From: an uncultured Clostridia bacterium
GTDB taxonomy: Bacteria; Bacillota; Clostridia; TANB77; CAG-508
Length of the DNA: 40,385 nucleotides
Reading direction: 5' to 3'
Assembly (NCBI GenBank): GCA_947632525.1
Contig: CANRPQ010000001.1
Span: forward strand, 1-40,385
Shown: positions 1 to 9,116 of the stretch, in pieces
How positions within the stretch are numbered: position 1 is the stretch's first letter
Layout of the letters: each line of letters begins with the position of its first letter
Notes under the pieces: model-generated
Database searches by the model: none
The model's input: only the letters and a program-made list of their open reading frames with translations
What the model was told of the DNA's origin: nothing
Made by a program: the position numbers and the translations under genes

Positions 1-70
1 GTGTTGTAATATACCCCATTAACATCATTACCACTGATATTGTTGCTATTAGTTTTTGTTTGAATTTCAT
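1..70 (-). CDS. 5' end of a gene running off the left edge; hydrophobic signal-peptide or membrane-anchor-like N-terminus
   Basis: The reverse complement starts ATG at 70..68 and reads MKFKQKLIATISVVMMLMGYITT. An RBS GAAAGGGG lies 5 nt upstream. 23 aa are too few to name a product. Confidence 0.35.
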   Translation of the reverse strand, partial: MKFKQKLIATISVVMMLMGYITT

Positions 71-436
71 AGTAACCCCTTTCTAAATTTTTTATAGTTA
101 TATATTTTATTAATATATAATTATACTATCCTATACTATTAATTTTAGCAGTTTTTCGCCATTTTTCAACACTAAGAAGTTTCCAATAATGTATGAAAAT
201 GGAAAAAATATTTACGGAACTTTATTTGTTGAAAATAATATTAAGTTTTTGTAACAAAATTGTTACTATATTACAAGAATAATATTATTATTGAATTATT
301 TGATTTTTTTGTTTACATAAATGTGCCTTCTGTTGCATTTTTTAATGTAAATATTTTATCTTTTTTTAATTAATTGTCACATCTTTTTAAAAGTTGAATA
401 TACTGTAAATGAATTAAAAAATAAGGAGGATTTTAC

Positions 437-598
437 ATGGGTAACACAAATAATATTGACATGGGAAAGTTAATGGAGATGCTTTCCAAAATGGATAAAA
501 GTCAATTAGAGCAGGGGTTGGCAAAGGTAAATCAAGTTTTAAGTTCAGAAGATAAATCTAAAATAATGAATGAGTTGAATAAGAACTTAAAAAAATAA
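437..598 (+). CDS. small hypothetical protein (53 aa), below the ORF-track cutoff
   Basis: AAGGAGGA RBS at 424-431, then ATG at 437. It reads MGNTNNIDMGKLMEMLSKMDKSQLEQGLAKVNQVLSSEDKSKIMNELNKNLKK with TAA at 596-598. The next ORF follows 15 nt later. Confidence 0.5.
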   Translation: MGNTNNIDMGKLMEMLSKMDKSQLEQGLAKVNQVLSSEDKSKIMNELNKNLKK

Positions 599-613
599 GA
601 GGAGAGCATATAT

Positions 614-1045
614 ATGAGTGAAGATATGTCAGATATGATTCAAAAAATGAGTGAAATGCTAAAAAATAATGAGATACCTGATAATGTAAAATCTATTATG
701 AGTAATCTGGCATCTGGGTCTAGCTCTGAAAATTCAAATAATGGTATAAATACAGATAGTTTTGAAAGAAATAACTGTAAGTCGGATGAAAGAAGTTCTC
801 AATCAGCTTCAAATTCTTTTGATATGTCTAATATTGATATTAATACTATGCTAAAAATGAAATCTGTTATAGACTCTATGAATCAAAGTCAAAATGATCC
901 TCGTTCAAATTTATTAAAATCATTAAAACCATATTTAAAAACAAGTAGAAGAGAAAAAGTTGATCAATATATAAAATTATTTAGCATGGGGAAAGCATTT
1001 GAATTGCTAAATCCTTTAGGTGGTGAAAATAAAAATGATGTATAA
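614..1045 (+). CDS. hypothetical protein, S/N-rich, 143 aa
   Basis: ORF preceded by RBS AAGAGGAGA. Second gene of a tightly packed + strand operon. No family recognised. Confidence 0.55.
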   Translation: MSEDMSDMIQKMSEMLKNNEIPDNVKSIMSNLASGSSSENSNNGINTDSFERNNCKSDERSSQSASNSFDMSNIDINTMLKMKSVIDSMNQSQNDPRSNLLKSLKPYLKTSRREKVDQYIKLFSMGKAFELLNPLGGENKNDV

Positions 1046-1544
1046 TTATCCTTTTTTTAGCTTTCCACATTTTAGAAGATATCCTAGTTATTATTCAACA
1101 CCATATTCTTATAAAAGTTCTATTAATCAAAATATAGCTAATGTTCAAAAAGATATGCCTAATTCACAAAAAGTGCAAGAGACTAAAAAAAATCATTTAC
1201 AAAATTTTCAAGAAAAGGAGAGATTTAAGTCTCAAAAGTTTCAAGGAAGGAACCAACATAATAAATTTGATTATTCGAACTCTGAAGGACGAAAAAATAT
1301 TTTAGATGAAAAGTATTATGCAAAAAAAGGACATTCTTCAAAAAGAATGCCTTCAGGTTTTGGCTTTTTAAATAATATTCTGCATCAAGAAGATAGAGGT
1401 GATGATGAGGAATATTTTGATTTATTTGGATTAAGATTATATAATGATGATCTTTTATTAATAGGCCTTATATTTTTTCTATATAAGGAAGAAGTCAAAG
1501 ATCAGTATTTATTTTTTGCTTTAATTTTGTTATTATTAAGCTAG
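1035..1544 (+). CDS. hypothetical protein with a hydrophobic C-terminal tail (LLLIGLIFFLY...FFALILLLLS)
   Basis: The ORF track starts at GTG 1020. ATG 1035 sits 9 nt after GGTGGTGA and overlaps the stop of the previous ORF by 11 nt, which suggests translational coupling. No family recognised. Confidence 0.5.
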   Translation: MMYNYPFFSFPHFRRYPSYYSTPYSYKSSINQNIANVQKDMPNSQKVQETKKNHLQNFQEKERFKSQKFQGRNQHNKFDYSNSEGRKNILDEKYYAKKGHSSKRMPSGFGFLNNILHQEDRGDDEEYFDLFGLRLYNDDLLLIGLIFFLYKEEVKDQYLFFALILLLLS

Positions 1545-1547
1545 TTT

Positions 1548-2162
1548 TTATTCTAGTACAACATCGCCATTTTCATTTATATAGGCGCATGTTTTTATAT
1601 CTTCCTCAAGTTCTTCTTTTTCTATTTCTTTTACTACATTAGCGATACGAATTTGAGCTGACTCAATGGAAGCTGCAGCAATGATAGCTTCTTTATTTCC
1701 TTTTGCTCCCGCATGTGCCATACCTCTTAATATACCAAGTACTACTATATTTTCTCCTGCTAAAATTTCTGCTCCGGCATTTACATCTCCTAATATAACT
1801 AAGCTACCTTCAAATTCAATTTTTTGTCCTGAACGAAGTGAACCTCTATGAAATTTGGTTTCAGAAGTAGCAATGTCCTTGCAAAATGTTCTTTTTATTC
1901 CATGTAGCCCTAATATTCTTGGGCTATCAAATTCTATTTCTACAGGAATAACTTTTTTTATATTTTCTTTTATTTTATCCATTTCTTCATTTTTAAATAC
2001 TTTTCCTGTAACTAATATAGGTGTTTCGTCTTCCTTATATAATTTTTTTAATTCTGCCATTTTCTTTTTTAAATCTGATAGTACTTCTTTTATATTTGCA
2101 TCTTCATGGATTTTAATTACTACCTTATCTTTTTTTGTTTGAATACTAATACAATTTTTCAT
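1548..2162 (-). CDS. minC: septum site-determining protein MinC
   Basis: The C-terminal beta-helix region LRSGQKIEFEGSLVILGDVNAGAEILAGENIVVLGILRGMAHAGAKGNKEAIIAA matches the conserved MinC C-domain. It lies downstream of mreBCD-PBP2 as in other Firmicutes. Confidence 0.85.
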   Translation of the reverse strand: MKNCISIQTKKDKVVIKIHEDANIKEVLSDLKKKMAELKKLYKEDETPILVTGKVFKNEEMDKIKENIKKVIPVEIEFDSPRILGLHGIKRTFCKDIATSETKFHRGSLRSGQKIEFEGSLVILGDVNAGAEILAGENIVVLGILRGMAHAGAKGNKEAIIAAASIESAQIRIANVVKEIEKEELEEDIKTCAYINENGDVVLE

Positions 2163-2183
2163 TTTTTGTTCCTCTTTCTATTA

Positions 2184-4286
2184 TTAATTATTAATTTGTG
2201 TACTTGGTATTGCTGTTACATTTTCTACCACTTTTTTTGAGTTCATACCAAAGTATTCCTTAATTATGTCTTTAGCAGCCCAAGCTGCATTTCCTCCAGA
2301 CCCTGCATTTTCTATTAATACAACTACTGCTATTTCAGGATTGTTATATGGAGCAAATCCTGTAAACCAACCATTTATTTTATCATCTATGCCTGTTTCT
2401 GCAGACCCTGTTTTACCTGCAATTGTTATTTCTAAGTCATCAAATACATAATATGCTGTTCCATCTGCTTCGCTAGTAACACCCTTCATTCCCTTTATAA
2501 TTGCATTTAAAGTTTCCTTTTTTATATTCAAGTCTTCAGTTTTGGTGCTGTTATCTATTCCTAGTTTTTGATTTACCTTTTCTTCAATTTCATTTTTTGG
2601 TATCATATTTCCATTTGCGTCCGTAATAGATTTTATAACAGAAACATCAACTGATTTTCCACCATTTGCTATCATACATATATATCTTGCCATTTGAATT
2701 GGTGTGTAGCTATTATAACTTTGTCCTATCGCTGCTGACAATGTTTCACCTAATTGCCATTCTTCGTTATATGTTTGTTTTTTGTATTCAGTTGAAGCTA
2801 CAATTCCGGGTACTTCTCCTGATAGCTCAATTCCTGTTTTCTTTCCTAAACCATATCGATATGCATAATCTGCTATTTTGTCTATTCCTACTCTATATCC
2901 TACTTCATAAAAGAAATAATTGCAAGAATGTTTAATTGCATCACTTATATTTAAGTAACCATGCCCATAATGATGATCACTATATATCCAACAAACTGGA
3001 TTATGCCCCCTTGGATATGGTCCATTATCATTAACTAGAGTTGAGGTTGTAAATTTGCCTGTTTCTAATGCGGCTGTTGCAGCCACCATTTTAAAAGTAG
3101 AACCTGGTGCATAAGCACTTGAGATTGCTCTATTATGGAAATTACTGCCTTTTTCATATTCTTTTAATTTTTCCTGACTGATTCCTTCTATCATTAATTC
3201 TGGCTCATAGTTTGGATAACTTGCTAATGCTAAAACTTCGCCAGTTTTTACATTCATAACAACAGCTGCCCCTGCTTTACAATCATATTTTTTATTATCG
3301 TAATCTCCACTTGCGATTTTTTTAATATTTTTTTGCAATGCTTCTTCTACTTTCTTTTGTAGATTAGCATCTATTGTAAGTGCTACGTTATCTCCTGCTA
3401 TTGCTTCTTCTGAAATACATTCTTCAGTAATTGTTCCGTCAACTGCCATATCAATTTGCCTTATACCATCTTGTCCTTTTAAATATTCTTCTAAAGTATA
3501 TTGTATTCCATCTCTTCCAATCACATCATTCATTTTGTAAGTGTCTTCGTTTTCTTTATATTCTTCTTCATTAATCATTCCTACATATCCTAGTAGATGT
3601 GATGCTAAACTGCCATATGGATATTCAATAACTGGCTCTGTAATAAGTGATGTACCTGGAAATTTATCTCCCTGTTCTTTTACCTGATTTGCACTTTTTC
3701 TACTAATATCTTTTGAAATAGTAATTGGCTTAATGTTGCTAAATCCTTCTATTGTAGCTTCATATCGTACTGCCATTACTTTTCTGGCATCTTCTACATC
3801 TTCTATTTGAATTTCATATTTTTCTTTTAATGAATTAAATGCTTCTTCCGCAGTTGCATTTTCATCTATTCCATTCTCTATTTTCCAGTTTTTTTGATCC
3901 TCTTCTTTTTCTTGTTCAAATTTATATGGATTTACCTTAAGTGGTAAATTGTCTACTATTTTGTCTTTGTTTTTTTCTAGCAATTTAATTAAATTTAAAA
4001 TGCTATTATTTAATGTTTGTACATCTATTTTTGTTTTATATAGTTCCAAACTAAAGCCCATTTTCGTTGTAACTAAATTATTTCCTACATTGTCTGTAAT
4101 ATTTCCTCTGGCTGCTTTTACAGTAGATTGCCTGGTTAGTCTTGTATTTGAAGTTTCTAAATATTCCTTTCCATGAATAATTTGAAGGTTAAATAATTGC
4201 GCAAGTAAAATGAAGCCTACTATAAATATTAGAATAGTAAGTAAATTATACCTTATTCTTTCATTTCTACTTGTATTTGGTTTCAA
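2184..4286 (-). CDS. mrdA: penicillin-binding protein 2 (class B transpeptidase, elongasome type)
   Basis: 700 aa with an N-terminal membrane anchor, a PBP dimerisation region, and a transpeptidase domain carrying STFK and KTGS(A) motifs. It sits directly after mreD. TTG start follows an AAGGAG RBS. Confidence 0.85.
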   Translation of the reverse strand: MKPNTSRNERIRYNLLTILIFIVGFILLAQLFNLQIIHGKEYLETSNTRLTRQSTVKAARGNITDNVGNNLVTTKMGFSLELYKTKIDVQTLNNSILNLIKLLEKNKDKIVDNLPLKVNPYKFEQEKEEDQKNWKIENGIDENATAEEAFNSLKEKYEIQIEDVEDARKVMAVRYEATIEGFSNIKPITISKDISRKSANQVKEQGDKFPGTSLITEPVIEYPYGSLASHLLGYVGMINEEEYKENEDTYKMNDVIGRDGIQYTLEEYLKGQDGIRQIDMAVDGTITEECISEEAIAGDNVALTIDANLQKKVEEALQKNIKKIASGDYDNKKYDCKAGAAVVMNVKTGEVLALASYPNYEPELMIEGISQEKLKEYEKGSNFHNRAISSAYAPGSTFKMVAATAALETGKFTTSTLVNDNGPYPRGHNPVCWIYSDHHYGHGYLNISDAIKHSCNYFFYEVGYRVGIDKIADYAYRYGLGKKTGIELSGEVPGIVASTEYKKQTYNEEWQLGETLSAAIGQSYNSYTPIQMARYICMIANGGKSVDVSVIKSITDANGNMIPKNEIEEKVNQKLGIDNSTKTEDLNIKKETLNAIIKGMKGVTSEADGTAYYVFDDLEITIAGKTGSAETGIDDKINGWFTGFAPYNNPEIAVVVLIENAGSGGNAAWAAKDIIKEYFGMNSKKVVENVTAIPSTQINN

Positions 4287-4337
4287 ATTATTTCTCCTTG
4301 TATTTTATTTATGCTTTGAAAATAACTAGATAAGAAA

Positions 4338-4871
4338 TTAAAAGTATTTAGTAAGTACTGCTTTTTTCTTAAATAATTTTTCTAAATAATTTCCAGTTTT
4401 TTGGATAAGTGGATATAATATTATAAGTAAAACTATGTTGTATATAATTTCAACTAGCAGTATTTTTATAAAAGGAAATATTTCAACTTGTATATTCCAT
4501 TTCAAAACTTGGAATATATATTCTCCTAGTTCGTAAAATACTGTAGCACCTATTGTCATTAAAATCATTGTAACTCTACTATCTTTTGGAAAGTTTTTGT
4601 CTAGATATTCTCCTGCTAGCCCTATAACTCCAAGCATTAATCCTGAAATTCCAACTGACTTTCCTGTTAGTAGGTCTAAATATATTCCTAATATTATGCC
4701 TAATGCAAAGCCTATTTTTTTCCCTATAAAAAGCCCTATAAATAAAATAAACATCACAAATAAATTAGGCATTATTCCTGAAATGTTGAACCATGTAAAG
4801 AAATTTGCCTGTAAAAAGTAGATTATAAAAAATGTTATTATTAAACCAATTATTGAGAGAAATTTTTTCAA
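4338..4871 (-). CDS. mreD: rod shape-determining protein MreD
   Basis: 177-aa polytopic membrane protein in the canonical position after mreC. TTG start. Confidence 0.75.
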   Translation of the reverse strand: MKKFLSIIGLIITFFIIYFLQANFFTWFNISGIMPNLFVMFILFIGLFIGKKIGFALGIILGIYLDLLTGKSVGISGLMLGVIGLAGEYLDKNFPKDSRVTMILMTIGATVFYELGEYIFQVLKWNIQVEIFPFIKILLVEIIYNIVLLIILYPLIQKTGNYLEKLFKKKAVLTKYF

Positions 4872-4924
4872 TTTTATCCTACTTTCTATATTTGTATTTC
4901 TTTTAGTTTTACTTTTTTTATCTT

Positions 4925-5088
4925 AGCCTTTATACTATTATCTTTTTCATTACCTACTTCGCTCGGCAAGTCATAGGCGAGTGAAGTACGGCACACTTTC
5001 TTTTTAGTGGCTTACTGTAGTCTGATTGCATAAAAAACAAATGATCCTTCGACTCGTAGTTAATTCAAAAGATAATAGTATAAAGGCT
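4925..5088. repeat. 164-bp element bounded by perfect 22-bp inverted repeats (MITE-like or a long structured-RNA hairpin), in the mreC-mreD spacer
   Basis: AGCCTTTATACTATTATCTTTT at 4925-4946 is the exact reverse complement of 5067-5088. The pairing continues imperfectly inward (TTACCTAC at 4950-4957 against GTAGTTAA at 5056-5063). There is an internal 10-bp hairpin, ACTTCGCTCG / CGAGTGAAGT. Confidence 0.5.
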
Positions 5089-5100
5089 TGTTGAATCAAA

Positions 5101-5120
5101 TCAAATTAAATCAAATTAAA
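5101..5120. repeat. perfect tandem duplication of the 10-mer TCAAATTAAA
   Basis: TCAAATTAAA occurs at 5101-5110 and again at 5111-5120. A partial ATCAAA precedes it at 5095-5100. It lies just 3' of the mreC stop. Confidence 0.6.
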
Positions 5121-5125
5121 ATATT

Positions 5126-5944
5126 TTAATCATTTTTTATTACTAATACTGTTTCTAATTTTTTAAAGTCTACTGCTGTTTTAACATACGCATATCTATC
5201 TGTAATATTTTTTGTATCTATAATTTCTGTAATTGTTCCAATTGGAATTCCTTTAGGGTAAATGCCCCCTATTCCTGATGTTTCTACTTTATCGTTTTCT
5301 AAAATAGTAGCATCTGCTGGAATGTAAGTTGCTTTTAAAGTTGATGCTTTATCTAAAGTTCCTGTTACAATTATGGCTTCTCTAGATGTAGTAATGCTAC
5401 TGCTAACTGAACTTGCTGTATCTATTATAGTTTGTACTTTTGCAGTTGTTTGTGTAGTTGAAATTACATGTCCTACTAGTCCTTGGTCGGCAATAACCGT
5501 CATATTAGGATGTATTCCGTCTTTTTCACCTACATTTATTACGATAGTTTCATTATAATTGGTAATATCTTTATTAATGATATATGCAGGTATGGTTTGA
5601 TAATTTTGATATTTATCTTTTAAGTTTACATATTCTTTTAGGGTTTCATTTTCTGATTTAATAATCTCTAATTCCCTTAAGGATTGTTCTAACTCACTAT
5701 TTTTCTTTTTCAATTCTTCATTTTCTTCTTGTAATTTACTAATGTCTGTAAAAAAGCTATTATTGCCTTCAATCTTGTTCTTTAAGTAGGTTAGTCCATT
5801 TTGAATTGGCATAACAAACGCATTAAATGCATTTTCTATATATGACATCTTTTCAACATCTATGTTAGATAGAATAACTACTAAAATTAAAATTATAATT
5901 GTAATAATAATTCCAATTATTCCTGTCTTTTTATTTCGGTACAT
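5126..5944 (-). CDS. mreC: rod shape-determining protein MreC
   Basis: N-terminal TM segment, a coiled-coil (LQEENEELKKKNSELEQSLRELE), then a beta-rich C-domain (GLVGHV...SGIGGIYPKGIPIGTI). Located between mreB and mreD. Confidence 0.85.
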   Translation of the reverse strand: MYRNKKTGIIGIIITIIILILVVILSNIDVEKMSYIENAFNAFVMPIQNGLTYLKNKIEGNNSFFTDISKLQEENEELKKKNSELEQSLRELEIIKSENETLKEYVNLKDKYQNYQTIPAYIINKDITNYNETIVINVGEKDGIHPNMTVIADQGLVGHVISTTQTTAKVQTIIDTASSVSSSITTSREAIIVTGTLDKASTLKATYIPADATILENDKVETSGIGGIYPKGIPIGTITEIIDTKNITDRYAYVKTAVDFKKLETVLVIKND

Positions 5945-6013
5945 TTAAGTTCTCCCTTTAACACGATTTTCTGTATATACTAAGGCTAAGTTCATTAGGC
6001 CTCAGATTTTTCA

Positions 6014-7042
6014 TTATCTTTTTCTAGAGTTTGTCAAAACATCTCTTAATTTTTCTAAGTCTTCCAATGTTTTTTCAGCTCCTCTTGCAACACATTCTAA
6101 TGGCGCTTCGGCTATATATACTGGCATTTCTGTTTCTTGTGCAAGCAAAGCATCTATATCTTTAATTAATGCTCCCCCACCAGCTAATATAATTCCTCTT
6201 TCCATGATGTCAGATGCAAGTTCTGGCGGTGTTTTTTCTAAAGTCTGCTTTACTGTTTCTACTATCTTTTGAATAGATTCTTGCATTGCTTCATAAACTT
6301 GTGTGGACGTTATAGTTAAAGTTTGTGGTAATCCTGTTATTAAATCCCTTCCTCTAATTTGCATAGTTTCCTCTGTAACAGGAAGTATTGCACACCCTAT
6401 TTGTTTTTTTATTTCTTCTGCCGTAGTTTCTCCAATTGCTAAGTTTAACTCACGTTTAATATAATTTATAATATCTTCATCTATCTCATCCCCTGCTATT
6501 CTTAAAGAATTGCTTACTACAATTCCACCTAAAGAAATAACAGCAACTTCTGTAGTTCCTCCACCTATATCTACAATTATATTTCCGCTTGGTTCAGAAA
6601 CCTCTAAATTTGCTCCAATTGCTGCTGCCATTGGTTCTTCAATTAGATATACTTCTTTAGCACCTGCTTGAATAACAGATTCTTCTACTGCTCTTTCTTC
6701 AACTTCTGTAATTCCAGATGGTACACCAACTACTACTCTTGGTTTACCTGCATTATATCTTTGGCATACTCTTTGTAACATGCTTTTTAACATAAGTTGT
6801 GTAGCTGTAAAATCTGCAATAACTCCGTCTTGTAGTGGCCTAATAGCTTTAATTTCTTTTGGTGTTCTACCTAGCATTTCCTTAGCTTCGGTGCCTGTTG
6901 CAAGTATTGTTCCTGTTGATTTTTCAATTGCTACTACTGATGGTTCATTTAATACAATTCCTTTTCCTTTTAATGTGATAATAATGTTGGCTGTTCCTAA
7001 GTCTACTCCAATGTCTTTAGAGTTAAAACCTGTCCATTTCAT
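6014..7042 (-). CDS. mreB: rod shape-determining actin homologue MreB
   Basis: DIGVDLGTANI, VVVGVPSGITEVEERA, DIGGGTTEVAVISLGG and ILAGGGALI are the actin-fold phosphate and adenosine motifs of MreB. Confidence 0.95.
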   Translation of the reverse strand: MKWTGFNSKDIGVDLGTANIIITLKGKGIVLNEPSVVAIEKSTGTILATGTEAKEMLGRTPKEIKAIRPLQDGVIADFTATQLMLKSMLQRVCQRYNAGKPRVVVGVPSGITEVEERAVEESVIQAGAKEVYLIEEPMAAAIGANLEVSEPSGNIIVDIGGGTTEVAVISLGGIVVSNSLRIAGDEIDEDIINYIKRELNLAIGETTAEEIKKQIGCAILPVTEETMQIRGRDLITGLPQTLTITSTQVYEAMQESIQKIVETVKQTLEKTPPELASDIMERGIILAGGGALIKDIDALLAQETEMPVYIAEAPLECVARGAEKTLEDLEKLRDVLTNSRKR

Positions 7043-7078
7043 TTTTTCTTTCTTCCTTTCTAAAAAACTTTATACTTA

Positions 7079-7804
7079 TTAAAATATTGTAATTTCCTTT
7101 TCACCTTTTAACATGTACGATTTGATACTAGTATATTGATTATACCCAATTACAATATGATCTAATAATAGAATTCCTAAAACTTCTGATGCTTTTTCTA
7201 ATTTTTCTGTAAATTTAATATCTGCTTCACTTGGTTTAGATTCTCCGCTAGGATGATTGTGTACTAAAATTATTTTTGGTGCTCCCATTTTTACTGGCTC
7301 AGTAAGAATATCTTTAGTATCTACTTGTGCTGAACTAGTTCCACCTTGTGATATAGTTTGTATTTTTAGGATAATATTTTGAGAATTCATAATAATTACT
7401 TTCACTATTTCTCTTTTTTCTGTTTTTAATTCGTTCATTAATAGGTTTGCTACATCTTGCGGCATTTTTATTTTAGTCTTAATTTCTTTAATTGGTCTTG
7501 AAATACGTTTAGCTAGTTCACATGTTGCTTTTAATTGAATTGCCTTTACTTTTCCTATTCCTTTAATTTTCATAAATTCTTCTATTGATAGCTCATGTAA
7601 AAATTTTAAGTTGTCTTCTTTACATTGTTTGTTTTTTCCTAGTGAAAGTATTTTTTGTGCTAGAGTAATAGAACTTTCGTCTTTTGTACCACTTTTAATG
7701 ATAATCGCTAGTAACTCTGCATTAGATAATGTACTTGCTCCATACATTTCTAGTTTTTCATAAGGTCTTTCTGAAATAGGGAGCTCTTTCATTTTGATTG
7801 GCAT
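7079..7804 (-). CDS. radC: RadC-family JAB-domain protein
   Basis: N-terminal HhH region (ELLAIIIKSGTK) and a C-terminal JAMM motif (ILVHNHPSGESKPSEAD). Upstream of mreB as usual. Confidence 0.9.
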   Translation of the reverse strand: MPIKMKELPISERPYEKLEMYGASTLSNAELLAIIIKSGTKDESSITLAQKILSLGKNKQCKEDNLKFLHELSIEEFMKIKGIGKVKAIQLKATCELAKRISRPIKEIKTKIKMPQDVANLLMNELKTEKREIVKVIIMNSQNIILKIQTISQGGTSSAQVDTKDILTEPVKMGAPKIILVHNHPSGESKPSEADIKFTEKLEKASEVLGILLLDHIVIGYNQYTSIKSYMLKGEKEITIF

Positions 7805-7862
7805 AAAATCATTCCTCTCTTTATTAAGTTGCCCCCTATTAAATTTTTTGAATTAAATATTG

Positions 7863-8120
7863 TTAGATTTTTTTATAAATAAATATTGCTAAAACTATTC
7901 CTATAATGCTTGCTATATTAATTTTAAACATTAGTCCAAAAGTAAGTTTAACAACATTTAGGTTTAATTCTATTGGTGTAGATAGTCCAAATTCTTGTCC
8001 ATAAGCTAGCCAAGATAAAAAATTAACATTAGAAGCTAATTCTCCTAATAAGCCTCCTACTACAATACCTCCTAATAAAAATAAAACCAAAATCCATATA
8101 TTTTTTTCTCTCATTGCCAT
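7863..8120 (-). CDS. small membrane protein, DUF4321-like
   Basis: 85 aa with two hydrophobic segments. AGGAGG RBS. The position upstream of radC is typical of the clostridial DUF4321 gene. Family assignment is from memory of the sequence pattern only. Confidence 0.5.
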   Translation of the reverse strand: MAMREKNIWILVLFLLGGIVVGGLLGELASNVNFLSWLAYGQEFGLSTPIELNLNVVKLTFGLMFKINIASIIGIVLAIFIYKKI

Positions 8121-8371
8121 ATTTTTTCCTCCTTATGTAGCTACAATTTAGTTTTCTTTTGCTAGTGTGTATTATATACGCAAATGGCTTTTTTTTCAAG
8201 ATATTGGTATAATTATTTATATATTTTTTAAAAAGTATTTCCTTTTTGTTTTTATTATGTTATATTAGGAATACACAATATCATGGAAAAATTTCCATAA
8301 ATTGTTGGTTTCATTTATTTAGGAAATATAGTATAATATTAATATAATTGAATATATTTGGAGGCTACTCA

Positions 8372-9004
8372 ATGAAGTTTGAAAAACTAAGCGAAAATAA
8401 AATACGAATTACTTTAACTATTCAAGATTTAGCAGATAAAGAAATTGACTTTAGTATTTTCATGTCTAATTCTATTGAATCACAGGATATTTTATTAGAT
8501 ATGTTAGAAGAAGCAAAAAAGCAGACTGGTTTCGATCCTGAAAATTATAACTTAAGAATTGAAGCTTTAGCTATGGCTGACACTAGTTTCATTTTTACTA
8601 TTACAAAAGAAATACCTGATGAAAAAACTAAATTGCCAAAAAGGAAGTTCAAAATTAAACGAAAATGTTTAAATCCTACTTCTACTCAAGCAATTTATAA
8701 ATTTTCTACATTTGACGACTTTTGTTCATTTTTACAATTTTTAAAGGAAGGTTCATCATTATCAGATATTTGTAATATTGCAGACTCAATTACTCTTTAT
8801 CAGTATAAAGAAAATTATTATTTATTAATGAATTCTATACATAGTGAAATAGTAAATAAATTAAGGTTTTATACCGGAATTACGGAATTTGCAAAATATA
8901 TTACAAATTCTAAAGTATTTTCTAGTAAATTAATAGAATGTGGTACCTTAATAATGAAGAATAATGCACTAGAAATTGGATTTTCTCATTTTTTAAATAA
9001 ATAA
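8372..9004 (+). CDS. mecA: MecA-like adaptor protein (ClpC adaptor)
   Basis: Colinear with B. subtilis MecA: MKFEKLSENKIRITL at the N-terminus, then YKFSTFDDFCSF, LYQYKENYYLLMN and LIECGTLIMKNNALE, resembling LRFGDFEDVISL, LYSFENRYYLYVD and LEEYGKLIISEHALE. ATG 8372 follows GGAGG; the ORF track start at 8348 is an upstream TTG. Confidence 0.75.
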   Translation: MKFEKLSENKIRITLTIQDLADKEIDFSIFMSNSIESQDILLDMLEEAKKQTGFDPENYNLRIEALAMADTSFIFTITKEIPDEKTKLPKRKFKIKRKCLNPTSTQAIYKFSTFDDFCSFLQFLKEGSSLSDICNIADSITLYQYKENYYLLMNSIHSEIVNKLRFYTGITEFAKYITNSKVFSSKLIECGTLIMKNNALEIGFSHFLNK

Positions 9005-9016
9005 GAAATAATTAGT

Positions 9017-9060
9017 AAAAATGTCAATTTAGATTTCTCTAAACTGACATTTTTTATTTT
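9017..9060 (+). terminator. rho-independent terminator of mecA
   Basis: 16-nt arms at 9017-9032 and 9039-9054 with one mismatch, followed by a T-run. Confidence 0.7.
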
Positions 9061-9116
9061 ATATTTAATTGTAATTATTCATAGCATCCTAAATATGTAT
9101 AAATTTGCTTTTTATA

